64,000 bases of DNA from Dehalococcoidales bacterium (GTDB taxonomy: Bacteria; Chloroflexota; Dehalococcoidia; Dehalococcoidales; UBA2162). This document shows positions 43,347-52,318 of this stretch, one piece after another (within the stretch, counting starts at the first letter, position 1; every line of letters starts with the position of its first letter). The stretch lies in the NCBI GenBank assembly GCA_030690265.1, contig JAUYHA010000109.1:368-64367 (forward strand), read 5' to 3'. The notes beneath the pieces are model-generated. The model had not been told where the DNA came from. It searched no databases and worked only from the letters and a program-made list of their open reading frames with translations. A program made the position numbers and the translations under genes.

Positions 43347-43628
43347 CTATTTTCTGTTAGTGAAGCGTCCGACTACCCCTACCAGTTCGTTAACATAGTC
43401 ATCACTACGTTCGTCTCGGGTCAGGGCATCGCGGACGCAGCCCCGTATGTGGTCTTGCAGGATGATAGCGGCTACTTTCTGGGTTGCCGCTATAACGGAG
43501 GAAAGCTGGTTTAGCACCTCAACGCAGTACCTGTCTTCCTCAATCATCTGGCGGATACCCTTGAGCTGTCCTTCCACTCTCTTTAAGCGTACTACGATAT
43601 CTCGCTTATCTTTTACATAGGATGGCAT
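43347..43628 (-). CDS. csoR: CsoR/RcnR-family metal-sensing repressor
   Basis: RLKRVEGQLKGIRQMIEEDRYCVEVLNQL...HIRGCV with the Cys/His/Cys ligand pattern. ATG at 43628 after GGAGG. Confidence 0.85.
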   Translation of the reverse strand: MPSYVKDKRDIVVRLKRVEGQLKGIRQMIEEDRYCVEVLNQLSSVIAATQKVAAIILQDHIRGCVRDALTRDERSDDYVNELVGVVGRFTNRK

Positions 43629-43662
43629 ACTCCATACCTCCAGACGAAATTTTCTGTTCAAT

Positions 43663-43681
43663 ATATCCCTATGGGGGGTAT
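43663..43681. promoter_or_regulatory. CsoR-operator-like GC-rich pseudo-palindrome (ATATCCCTATGGGGGGTAT)
   Basis: ATA(C/T)CC...GGGGTAT architecture, as in characterised CsoR operators. Lies 35 nt upstream of the csoR start. Confidence 0.45.
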
Positions 43682-43737
43682 CAAAGTTAAGTTTAACAGG
43701 GATTCTTCGAATATGTCAAGAAACCTTCTATTTTCTC

Positions 43738-43766
43738 TTGACACGGATTATTGCCTTGTTTATAAT
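43738..43766 (+). promoter_or_regulatory. copA promoter, perfect consensus TTGACA-17 nt-TATAAT
   Basis: TTGACA at 43738-43743 and TATAAT at 43761-43766. Confidence 0.6.
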
Positions 43767-43774
43767 AGGAACAA

Positions 43775-43790
43775 TACCTGGTGGGGGTAT
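43775..43790. promoter_or_regulatory. Second CsoR-operator-like palindrome (ATACCTGGTGGGGGTAT) at the predicted copA transcription start
   Basis: ATACC/GGTAT arms flank a G-tract, 9 nt downstream of the -10 box. Confidence 0.5.
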
Positions 43791-43852
43791 AGGGTATATT
43801 CACCTTTGGTTTTGTGGTATTAGCCGAAAATAGCTGTAAGAAGGAGGTCGGT

Positions 43853-46426
43853 ATGATGGCTGCAAAAGATTTGAAAAAGGCATCGCTATCTATCGGTGGC
43901 ATGACCTGTGCCGCTTGCGTGGAACACAACGAAAAGGCGCTGGGTGACCTGCCCGGCGTGGAAAAAGCGGTCGTTAACCTGGCTACGGGTAAGGCGGCCG
44001 TGGAATATGACCCGAACCGGGTCTCTCTGGCTGACATGAAAGAGGCGGTGGATGAAACGGGCTATGAAGTTGTATTGAGCAAAGCTACTCTCGATATTAC
44101 GGGGATGACCTGTGCCTCCTGCGTGGAAAACATCCAGAAGGCAACAACCAGCCTCCCCGGAGTTTTCAGGACGGTGGCAAACCTGGCGACAAATACTGCC
44201 CTGGTTGAATACGAGCCGTCAATTACCTCGCTTGCCGAAATTAAGAAAGCGATTAAAGATATTGGCTACGAGGCTTCGGAGCGCGCCGAGGGGCAGGAAG
44301 CTATGGACCGGGAGCAGGAAGCACGCCAGAAGGAGATTCGCCGCCAGCTTATCAACCTTATTTTTTCTGCCACCCTGGGAATGCTGGTGATGATAGGCAT
44401 GTTTCAGCCTTACTGGATATTCCCTTCTTTTGTGCCGGCGTGGCTGAACAATAAAGTCGTCCTTTTCTTTTTGACCACGCCCATAGTTTTTGGCCCGGGC
44501 CGGCAGTTTTTCATTAATAGCTGGAATGGCTTGAAACGCGGGCTGACCGATATGAACCTGCTTTATGCTACCGGAATCGGCGCCGCCTACGGTATTGCCG
44601 TGGTCAACACTTTCTGGCCCGATGCCGGTTTCGGGGGCAAAGAAGTTACCTTCTATGAAGCCGCTGCCCTGCTTACCTCTTTCATCATTCTTGGCAGATA
44701 CCTGGAGGCGGTTACGCGCGGGCGGACCTCACAGGCAATCCGCCGTCTGATGAAACTGCAACCCAAACGCGCCAGAGTATTGCGGGAGAATGAGGAAGTA
44801 GAAATTCCCGCTGAAGAGGTGCTGATAGATGACATTGTGGTGGTGCGCCCGGGGGAAGCTATTCCTGTTGATGGACTGGTTGAAGAGGGATATTCTTCAG
44901 TAGACCAGTCTATGATTACCGGGGAAAGTATCCCGGTGGAGAAAAAAGTTGGCGATGAGGTCATCGGCGGCACTATGAACAAGACCGGGGCTTTCAAATT
45001 CCGGACTACCCGCGTCGGTAAGGATACCGCCCTGGCACAAATCATCAAGCTTGTCGAGGATGCCCAGACGACCAAGGCGCCCATACAGAAGGTTGCTGAC
45101 AAGGTAGCTGGGAATTTTATCCTCGGCGTTCACCTTCTGGCGCTGGCAACCTTTCTTTTCTGGTTTTTTGTTGGTTTCAACTTGTGGTTTACGCCGGAAA
45201 GCCGCCTCCTCTTAACCCCCTACCAACTGACGGCAGTAGGCGCTTTCGGGCTGGCTATTATCATCTCCGTGACCGTGCTCGTTATCTCCTGCCCGTGTGC
45301 CGTTGGTCTGGCAACACCCAGCGCCATCATGGCCGGGAGCGGCAAGGGGGCGGAGTATGGCATCCTCTTTAAGGGAGCTGATGCTATGGAAGCCACTGCC
45401 AGGCTGCAGTCAGTTATCTTTGATAAAACCGGCACCTTGACCAGGGGAGAACCCTCAGTAACCGATGTGATAGCAGTGGAGCATCTGTCCCGTGATGAGG
45501 TGCTGCGTCTGGCGGCGGTGGCGGAGAAGAACTCGGAGCATCCGCTGGGTGAAGCGATAGTCCAGGGTGCCGGCGCTCGAGGACTTGAGCTGGAAGAGGC
45601 GCAGAGTTTCAATGCCATCCCCGGTCATGGCATCGAGGCCAGCCTCAACGGTCGCACTATCCTACTGGGCAACCGAAGGCTCATGGCAGAGCGTAAAGTA
45701 ACTTTTGACGGTCTCCTGCCGGAGGCGGAGCGCCTTGAAGGCGAAGGCAAGACAGTCATGTTCGTTGCTGTGAACGGAAAACCTGCCGGTATTGTGGCCG
45801 TGGCTGATACTCTAAAAGAGACCTCGGCTCTGGCTGTGGAAGAACTCCACCGTATGGGGCTTCAGGTAGCCATGATTACCGGAGATAACCGGCGCACTGC
45901 TGAAGCTATCGCAAAACAGGTAGGAATCGACCGTGTCCTGGCTGAAGTCCTTCCTGAGGATAAAGCCAGCGAGGTGAAGAAGCTCCAGGCTGAGGGCTTC
46001 AAGGTAGCTATGGTGGGCGATGGCATCAATGATGCTCCAGCACTAGCCCAGGCCGATGTAGGTATGGCTATCGGCTCCGGCACGGATGTAGCCAAAGAAA
46101 CCGGTCATGTTATCCTCGTTAAAGATGACCTGCTGGATGTTGTCGCCGCCATACAGGTGGGGCGGGCTACCCTGCGAAAGATAAAAGAAAACCTGTTCTG
46201 GGCATTTGGTTACAACACCCTGGCTATACCGCTTGGTATGGGGATACTTTATCCCTTCTTTGCTCAGGTGGTGAGCCCGGAGCTGGCGGCGCTTCTGATG
46301 GCTACCAGCTCGCTCTCGGTTACCCTGAACACATTGAGGATGCGTGGCTTCGTGCCGGCGATACGGCGTCGTATTCAACCGGGGGCACCACAGGCGGCAT
46401 CACTTGCTACGCAGATGAGCCACTGA
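43853..46426 (+). CDS. copA: Cu(I)-translocating P1B-type ATPase with two N-terminal HMA domains
   Basis: GMTCAAC and GMTCASC metal-binding motifs, CPC in TM6, [18 protein letters not shown] at 43853 after AAGGAGG. Confidence 0.95.
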   Translation: MMAAKDLKKASLSIGGMTCAACVEHNEKALGDLPGVEKAVVNLATGKAAVEYDPNRVSLADMKEAVDETGYEVVLSKATLDITGMTCASCVENIQKATTSLPGVFRTVANLATNTALVEYEPSITSLAEIKKAIKDIGYEASERAEGQEAMDREQEARQKEIRRQLINLIFSATLGMLVMIGMFQPYWIFPSFVPAWLNNKVVLFFLTTPIVFGPGRQFFINSWNGLKRGLTDMNLLYATGIGAAYGIAVVNTFWPDAGFGGKEVTFYEAAALLTSFIILGRYLEAVTRGRTSQAIRRLMKLQPKRARVLRENEEVEIPAEEVLIDDIVVVRPGEAIPVDGLVEEGYSSVDQSMITGESIPVEKKVGDEVIGGTMNKTGAFKFRTTRVGKDTALAQIIKLVEDAQTTKAPIQKVADKVAGNFILGVHLLALATFLFWFFVGFNLWFTPESRLLLTPYQLTAVGAFGLAIIISVTVLVISCPCAVGLATPSAIMAGSGKGAEYGILFKGADAMEATARLQSVIFDKTGTLTRGEPSVTDVIAVEHLSRDEVLRLAAVAEKNSEHPLGEAIVQGAGARGLELEEAQSFNAIPGHGIEASLNGRTILLGNRRLMAERKVTFDGLLPEAERLEGEGKTVMFVAVNGKPAGIVAVADTLKETSALAVEELHRMGLQVAMITGDNRRTAEAIAKQVGIDRVLAEVLPEDKASEVKKLQAEGFKVAMVGDGINDAPALAQADVGMAIGSGTDVAKETGHVILVKDDLLDVVAAIQVGRATLRKIKENLFWAFGYNTLAIPLGMGILYPFFAQVVSPELAALLMATSSLSVTLNTLRMRGFVPAIRRRIQPGAPQAASLATQMSH

Positions 46427-46448
46427 TATTGGCAAAGGAGACATTGCT

Positions 46449-46646
46449 ATGCAGAACATAGGTTTGATAAGTGCTCTCATCAGCGCCGCCATCTCGGTGA
46501 CGGTGGCTGGTCTTTTCTTGCTGGGGACGCTGGCTGGTGAATATACCCTGGTGGAACGCATTGGCGGGGTCGCCTGGGTGCTGCTGCTGTCAATGATAAT
46601 TCTAATGCCCGTGGTTACTCCGATAGTTAAAAAGAGGCAGCGGTAG
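46449..46646 (+). CDS. Small two-TM membrane protein downstream of copA
   Basis: Hydrophobic 65-aa ORF 22 nt after the copA stop, with GGAG upstream. Confidence 0.45.
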   Translation: MQNIGLISALISAAISVTVAGLFLLGTLAGEYTLVERIGGVAWVLLLSMIILMPVVTPIVKKRQR

Positions 46647-46666
46647 CAGAGGATAAGTCTCTGGTC

Positions 46667-47365
46667 TTAGGGTGTGGTATTCTTGATAAACTGGAGCAGT
46701 GCGTCTATCTCTTCGGGGCTGAGGGTTCCCTCAAATCCGGGCATTGCCGTGCCCGGGACTCCCTTCGCTATTGCCTCTCTTGTCCCGGCATCACTTAGTT
46801 CTGCCAGGCTATCCGGTGTTAGAGCCGGGGCAAATCCGGCTACCCCTTCCCGGTTCACTCCGTGACAGGCGGCGCATCTGGCAGTATATATTTCTTCAGC
46901 TGCTATTGTTGCCTGGGGAGTCTCCTCCGTAGCTGGTGGGGTTACTGCTGTTGTCTCTTCCATCGTCCCTTCAGGCTGTGCCGGTGTTGTTTCGGAAATA
47001 CTACCTTCTTCGGTATCAAAATAGGGAAACGCTGTTCTATCCAGTAAGGGTGTTTTTGACAGTTTATTATCTTCTTCGCCAGCAACTGCCGGTTGATGAC
47101 AGGCATGGCAGACATCGCTGGGGCGCTCGCTGTGAGTTTCCACAGGGAATTGAGGTGCCCCGCCAATACCCTGGGCATGACAGGCGCGGCAATCATCACG
47201 CCCTTCTGTTGAGTGAGGTATTTGCGGCACCACAATTGTTGCCGTGGGCGGAGGTGGTGAGGGCGGTTCAATCATTCCGCAGGAAATAGCCAGACTGCTC
47301 AGGCCGATTAGCAGTAGTCCTCCGACTATGTACCAGACAGATTTTGCACCCGCATTTATTTTCAT
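46667..47365 (-). CDS. Membrane-anchored/lipoprotein trihaem c-type cytochrome (dihaem N-domain + acidic linker + class-I monohaem domain)
   Basis: CRACH, CHACH and CAACH motifs. N-terminal hydrophobic segment ending in ISCG. C-terminal ...GTAMPGF... has Met-ligand-type cyt c features. Confidence 0.8.
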   Translation of the reverse strand: MKINAGAKSVWYIVGGLLLIGLSSLAISCGMIEPPSPPPPTATIVVPQIPHSTEGRDDCRACHAQGIGGAPQFPVETHSERPSDVCHACHQPAVAGEEDNKLSKTPLLDRTAFPYFDTEEGSISETTPAQPEGTMEETTAVTPPATEETPQATIAAEEIYTARCAACHGVNREGVAGFAPALTPDSLAELSDAGTREAIAKGVPGTAMPGFEGTLSPEEIDALLQFIKNTTP

Positions 47366-47386
47366 TTTTCTGATGATATTCCTTAA

Positions 47387-47605
47387 CTATTGAAAAAAGA
47401 CGAATTTTATTACCATACTGAGTATATATAGCCCCCCCCACAACATTACTATCATTGCCAGCATATATACCAGTCCGCGCAGAGCCATAAGGTGATTACG
47501 CGGTTTGCCCAGAAACCATGCCGCCAGCATACCGTATATCGGTGCCAGGATAATACCGAGTATGAGCCACAGACCAACCGGGGTACCGCCTATCCATTCC
47601 AGCAT
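47387..47605 (-). CDS. Small two-TM membrane subunit
   Basis: 72-aa hydrophobic ORF between the NrfD-like and cytochrome genes, 3 nt after the NrfD-like stop. Confidence 0.5.
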   Translation of the reverse strand: MLEWIGGTPVGLWLILGIILAPIYGMLAAWFLGKPRNHLMALRGLVYMLAMIVMLWGGLYILSMVIKFVFFQ

Positions 47606-47608
47606 TTT

Positions 47609-48913
47609 TTATTCCTCATGCTCACTTTCTGCTTCAATCATTGGAATTATCTTGGAGACGACGGTAAAAAATAAGACAAATATTGCCACCGAGCCAATGA
47701 CGGAAGAATATTCGACCCAGGTGGGAACATAGTGCCCCGGTACACCTTTGTAAATAGAAAACTCGGGATGAGCAAGCCCTTCCACAATGAAGAGGGTTTT
47801 CTCAAACAGAGTCGCAATCACCGGTAATGCTGCGGCAGCAACGACCAGCTTTACGTTGAATAAAGCAGGCCAGATTGTTTGTGCCCCGAGGTAGATGATG
47901 GAAGCTCCAACCAGCCCGATGATAGTCCAGAAGAGAGGGTTCTCCATTTTGGCTTCAGTGGCTTCGAGCAGCCCGACCGGTGGGGCAAAAGAGCCGGTAA
48001 TAATCTGTTGAAGCTCGAACCACAAGAAGAAAAAAGATACTATTGCCAGCACGGTTCCCAGCTTGGCAAAGACCTTGTCGGTAAGAAATTCCTCCCAGCC
48101 GAAGACCCGGCGCAGAATATAAGAAACAACAGTAACTGAGCCGAAAGCCGAGGTCAGGGCGATACTGAGGAAAGTCGGCGCCTGGATGGTACTGAACCAT
48201 CCGGGCATAGAGGCTATAAGCTGAAAGAGCCAGGGGATAACTCCGCCGTGCAGAAGGAAAGGAGCCAGCACAAATACGGTGAGAGCCAGCCACCAGGCCA
48301 TTCTGGATACCTTGGCATCTTCGTCAGGGCTGTATCCCTGAGTCAGTGCCCAGTATAGAGGAGAAAGATAAGGCGGCAGCCGGTCACGCAGTTTATAAAT
48401 ATCGTGTCGCAATGTCAGCAGCAGGTAAGTTGCTGTCAGAATAAAATAGAGGGTAATAACCGTTACATCCCAGACTAAGGGGGAAGTCTGAAAGGTGGTA
48501 ATATAATTAAAAAGAACGCTGGTCACTACCCGGTCGGGCCGTCCCAGGTCAACGATAATGAATAGCCCGGCTATAGAAAGCCCGCCTATCGTCAGCAGTT
48601 CGGCTATACGGGCAATCGGATAGAAAACTCTAACCTTGAAAAGTCTGACTGAGGCGGAGATAAGAATTCCGCCGTGGGAGATTCCGACCCACCAGATGAA
48701 GGAACCAATATATATTCCCCAGGGGACCCCTCCGGTTGTTCCCCAGTCTCCCAGACCGGTAACCACCAGTCCGTATCTCAGCTGCCAGGCCCAGGCGGCA
48801 AAGAACCAGATTAAGAGTGCTCCGCTAATTGCCAGAGTAAGTAAATATTTTATAGTGGGGGGTGCCATAGGTTTGAGGATTTTGTCTTCCCTGGATTCAG
48901 TTCTAATTCTCAC
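47609..48913 (-). CDS. NrfD/PsrC-family polytopic quinone-interacting membrane subunit
   Basis: About 10 TM helices. GVPWGIYIGSFIWWVGISHGG motif typical of NrfD/ActC/DsrP. ATGA-type overlap with the Fe-S subunit gene. Confidence 0.85.
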   Translation of the reverse strand: MRIRTESREDKILKPMAPPTIKYLLTLAISGALLIWFFAAWAWQLRYGLVVTGLGDWGTTGGVPWGIYIGSFIWWVGISHGGILISASVRLFKVRVFYPIARIAELLTIGGLSIAGLFIIVDLGRPDRVVTSVLFNYITTFQTSPLVWDVTVITLYFILTATYLLLTLRHDIYKLRDRLPPYLSPLYWALTQGYSPDEDAKVSRMAWWLALTVFVLAPFLLHGGVIPWLFQLIASMPGWFSTIQAPTFLSIALTSAFGSVTVVSYILRRVFGWEEFLTDKVFAKLGTVLAIVSFFFLWFELQQIITGSFAPPVGLLEATEAKMENPLFWTIIGLVGASIIYLGAQTIWPALFNVKLVVAAAALPVIATLFEKTLFIVEGLAHPEFSIYKGVPGHYVPTWVEYSSVIGSVAIFVLFFTVVSKIIPMIEAESEHEE

Positions 48914-50052
48914 TGGCTACCTCCAAAAAGCTTCAGGAACCAGGGTTCATTGCCTCCCAGGAGAGGCAGGCGCTTCTCCACCAATCCCCAATCGGCGTAA
49001 GAGACCGGCCCATCTACCGGCTCTGCTTTCTCCGAAGGCTGCTGGCCAATGTAAATGATGTTCGGTTTGGTGCCGTGGTCTTCCAGCAGGCGGAAAGTGG
49101 AAATTTGTCCGCCCTTCTCCCTCCTTTTTTGTTCCAGGTATTTGTTAGGCCGGCTGTTCAGATCGTTCATATCACCAAAGTGCAGAGCGTTATGCGGGCA
49201 GCTCAGCTCGCAGACCAGGTTTTTCCTGCCATCATCCTGCCTTTCCGGACAGAATTCGCATTTGCCCATAACACCTTTCGGCGGGTTACCTATAACCCAG
49301 CGACCCCTGGCGTCAGTGAATTTAGTAATAGCACCGGGGTTCCTTGGCGGCGGGTCATCCCACTGGAAGTAATTGACTCCGTAAGGGCAGGTGACCATGC
49401 AATAACGGCAACCGATGCACAGATTGTAGTCAGTGAGGACAAGCCCGTCAGAATCGCGCTTGTGCCGTGCTCTCACCGGGCAGACCTTAACGCAGGGCGG
49501 ATTGGAACAGTGATTGCAGAAACGGGGTAGGAAGTTCGGTTCGTCCCTGTTCGTGTCCTTGAATGCAAAAACATACAGCCACAGAACTCCCGGAGCAAGA
49601 GAATTATGATGGGAACAGGCATAAATGCATTCAAGGCAGCCATCACAATTCTCCATATCAACAACCATACCCATCTGTACTCTGCCGGCTTGCTCGAGTT
49701 CGCTACCGTCTTCCTGCAGCAGTAAACCTTCGTGGTTGTTCCCAATAAGGCTCTTAGCGGCCAGAACCTTATTGCCTAAAAAGGATGCTCCCACAATCCC
49801 GGCCAGGCCGATACCTCCCAGTTTAAGCAGTGTGCGGCGGGATATGTATTTTGCGAGGACGGATTCTGGCGATGGGCTACCGTTACCGCCACCCGGATTT
49901 ATCGGGCGGTCGTCAATGCCAAACTCTTTGAGGTATGCCTGGTGGTACTTCTGGTAGAACTCAGCTTCGGAAAGATGACCGGTAATGAGCCTCTGGGCGT
50001 CTCTGGCTACTTGCTTAGGCAAGTCAGGATTAAATTGTGTTGGCTCCGGCAA
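48910..50052 (-). CDS. Tat-motif-bearing 4x[4Fe-4S] ferredoxin-type subunit (NrfC/PsrB/DsrO/ActB2-like)
   Basis: SRRTLLKLGG twin-arginine motif at residues 71-78. Cys clusters: CDGCLECIYAC, CNHCSNPPCVKVCP, CIGCRYCMVTCP, CEFC...C...C. Confidence 0.85.
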   Translation of the reverse strand: MPEPTQFNPDLPKQVARDAQRLITGHLSEAEFYQKYHQAYLKEFGIDDRPINPGGGNGSPSPESVLAKYISRRTLLKLGGIGLAGIVGASFLGNKVLAAKSLIGNNHEGLLLQEDGSELEQAGRVQMGMVVDMENCDGCLECIYACSHHNSLAPGVLWLYVFAFKDTNRDEPNFLPRFCNHCSNPPCVKVCPVRARHKRDSDGLVLTDYNLCIGCRYCMVTCPYGVNYFQWDDPPPRNPGAITKFTDARGRWVIGNPPKGVMGKCEFCPERQDDGRKNLVCELSCPHNALHFGDMNDLNSRPNKYLEQKRREKGGQISTFRLLEDHGTKPNIIYIGQQPSEKAEPVDGPVSYADWGLVEKRLPLLGGNEPWFLKLFGGSQ

Positions 50053-50606
50053 TTACTCGGCCTCCCTTCTCTGCTTCCTTTACAAACTTATCTGCTATGA
50101 GCATCAACATATAACACTAAAACCCTGGGTATTTGTCCCTAGATTTGCTGGTAATGACTAAAGTGGAAAGAAACCGGGAAAGAGGGACTTTATCAAATAG
50201 CTAATGAAACTGATATCCATTTTGACTTTTTGGAGTAGTTATACCCAAGTATTTCTACTCATCGGCTCTCATTATACTGAACCAAAACAATTTTATCAAG
50301 TGTTTTTTTGACAAATTTTATTGTAACGGGTCAGAATAAGTTTATCAAGTGGGGAAGCGCAAACCCTTTATCCATTATATACCCCCTGCCCCTATAGGGT
50401 ATCAGGATAATTATATCGCTCATTTCTGGTAATGTCAACTGCTCGATGGGAAGGCGGGAAATACCTACTCCGGCGATAGAGGCCGCCCCATCTTGCCTAC
50501 CCATACCATACCAATAGTGGGGCCTATTGTTGTGACCAACTGGGTTCATCATAGTCCAGGATAAATCCCAGAGGTTACGAATGATGCTGCCCTTTGTCCA
50601 ATCCCT

Positions 50607-50657
50607 ATCAAATCTGGAACATCTCCTGCCGCCACACTTCCTGGAAAGTGTTCCAGA
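50607..50657 (-). terminator. Hairpin immediately after the folC stop (minus strand), followed by TTTGAT
   Basis: tctggaaca (50613-50621) pairs with tgttccaga (50649-50657), with an inner acactt/aagtgt stem. Confidence 0.4.
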
Positions 50658-52028
50658 TTATCCATTGAGTTCTCCATCCGGTTGGTTAAACTGTATTGGC
50701 CACTCTATCAAATTGAGATGTTTCGCCTGTTCGATGGCTCCGGCAACAACAAAGAGAGAGCCGGTAACACAAATAAGGTCTTTCTTTTCCGCCTGGCTTA
50801 AAGCCAGGGGCAGGGCAGTTGAAATATCATCTATTGCCTGGGCTTCCACTCCCTGCTGTCTAAGCTCGGCGACAAGAGAAGCAATGGGCATTGCCCGGGG
50901 GTGAATAGAGTGAGTGACAATTACCTCATCAAACAGAGGTAGCAGCTCTGAGAGTATGCCGGCAAAATCCTTATCAGATGAGAATCCAATAATCAAGATA
51001 GCCCGGTCAAAATCAAAGTATTGCTTAAGAGCCTTCCTCAACTTGCGGGCTGAGTCCGGGTTATGAGCACCATCGACTACCACCAGAGGATGACGGTTCA
51101 GAACCTGGAGTCGCCCCGGCCAGTTCACTTCTGTCAAGCCCCGGCTGATGTTATCGCCGGAGATATGGGAGCCATTCTCAGCCAGAACCTCCAGGCTGGC
51201 TACTGCTGTGGCCGCATTCTCCATCTGATGCTCACCCAGCAGGGGAATTGATAGTTCGTAACTACCCAGGCGCCCCTTTACCTGGAGTGATTGCCGTCTG
51301 GAATTAAAACCGAGGCTCTGCCAGGTAACATCTCTACCCACCTTTATCCACTTTGCTTTCTGCCTAAGGCAGGTTTGCTCAAAGACCTGATTCACCTCTT
51401 CAGCTTGCGATGAGGTTACTACAATGGTATTGGCTTTGATAATGCCGGCTTTTTCAGTGGCAATTGCGGTTAAGGTATTACCCAGAACCTCGGTGTGGTC
51501 AAAGCTGATTGAGGTGATAACACAGACCTCGGGCTGGACTACATTGGTAGCATCCAGCCTGCCCCCCAGCCCGGCTTCAATTACCTGAAAGTCTACCCCT
51601 TTTGAATCAAAGCAGGCAAAGCCCAAGGCCGTTATCAGTTCGAAGGTAGTCAACTGGCCGTAGGCAGCTTTCTTATTTACCGCTTCCACCTCTGGTTTAA
51701 GCTTCTCCACCAGAGCGACAATGTCCTGGTCGGAGATTAACCTGTTGTCAATCCGGATACGCTCATTGAAAGTGTGCAAATGGGGTGAGGTATAAAGCCC
51801 GGTGGTGTAACCTGAGGCAGTGAGTGCCGAGGCTATCATAGCCGCTGTACTTCCCTTCCCCTTGCTGCCGGCGATATGAACTGTTCTGGCTTTCAGATGG
51901 GGGTTGCCTAACCGGGACAGCAGTTCATCCACACGTCTCAGGTCGTAACGAGCCGGTTCCCGGGGCCTGGCTTGTCTCTCATAGTCAATAAAACTGTAGA
52001 TGTAGTCCAGGGCTTGCTGAATATCCAT
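50658..52028 (-). CDS. folC: Folylpolyglutamate synthase / dihydrofolate synthase
   Basis: HIAGSKGKGST P-loop and Mur-ligase-family middle and C-terminal domains. Start moved to ATG 52028 (MDIQQALDYIYSF), because the track's N-terminal extension runs through a repeat element. Confidence 0.9.
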   Translation of the reverse strand: MDIQQALDYIYSFIDYERQARPREPARYDLRRVDELLSRLGNPHLKARTVHIAGSKGKGSTAAMIASALTASGYTTGLYTSPHLHTFNERIRIDNRLISDQDIVALVEKLKPEVEAVNKKAAYGQLTTFELITALGFACFDSKGVDFQVIEAGLGGRLDATNVVQPEVCVITSISFDHTEVLGNTLTAIATEKAGIIKANTIVVTSSQAEEVNQVFEQTCLRQKAKWIKVGRDVTWQSLGFNSRRQSLQVKGRLGSYELSIPLLGEHQMENAATAVASLEVLAENGSHISGDNISRGLTEVNWPGRLQVLNRHPLVVVDGAHNPDSARKLRKALKQYFDFDRAILIIGFSSDKDFAGILSELLPLFDEVIVTHSIHPRAMPIASLVAELRQQGVEAQAIDDISTALPLALSQAEKKDLICVTGSLFVVAGAIEQAKHLNLIEWPIQFNQPDGELNG

Positions 52029-52101
52029 TGAGACTCGATGCCTCCCAACCAAGATAGAAATTATAACACTGCTACTACTCCGCAACAACTCGGGGTCGTA
52101 T

Positions 52102-52220
52102 GTCGTTGCGAGTCCTTCTGAGAAGGACGTGGCAATCTCTTCGAATGTCATTGCGAGAGTAGCGTGGCAATCTCAATAAATCTTATAGATTGCTTCGTCA
52201 CTAGCGTTCCTCGCAATGAC
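52102..52220. repeat. Composite intergenic repeat: GTC(G/A)TTGCGAG...CGTGGCAATCTC twice direct, then an inverted copy (AGATTGC...CTCGCAATGAC)
   Basis: gtcattgcgag (52147-52157) is the exact reverse complement of ctcgcaatgac (52210-52220), and gcaatct pairs with agattgc inside. A related unit lies at 52102-52139 with its own hairpin tccttc/gaagga. Confidence 0.6.
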
Positions 52221-52318
52221 AAATATGACGGAGTATTCCTTATATAGTAAACGCTCTCGTATAATATGAAATTTTGGAACTTATCCCGTGTTGGTGGTGA
52301 TACGCCTGTTATGCTATT

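Noticed and set aside
50331-50552. Track ORF 50331-50552 (minus strand, 73 aa) in the 605-bp gap
   Set aside because: It has no SD site and no recognisable family, and it overlaps repeat and palindrome motifs. I kept the region as non-coding regulatory DNA, with low certainty.
52029-52151. 41-codon N-terminal extension of folC in the track ORF
   Set aside because: The extension is encoded by the TTGCGAG/GCAATCT repeat element. The conserved FolC N-terminus (MDIQQALDYIYSF) starts at the internal ATG at 52028.
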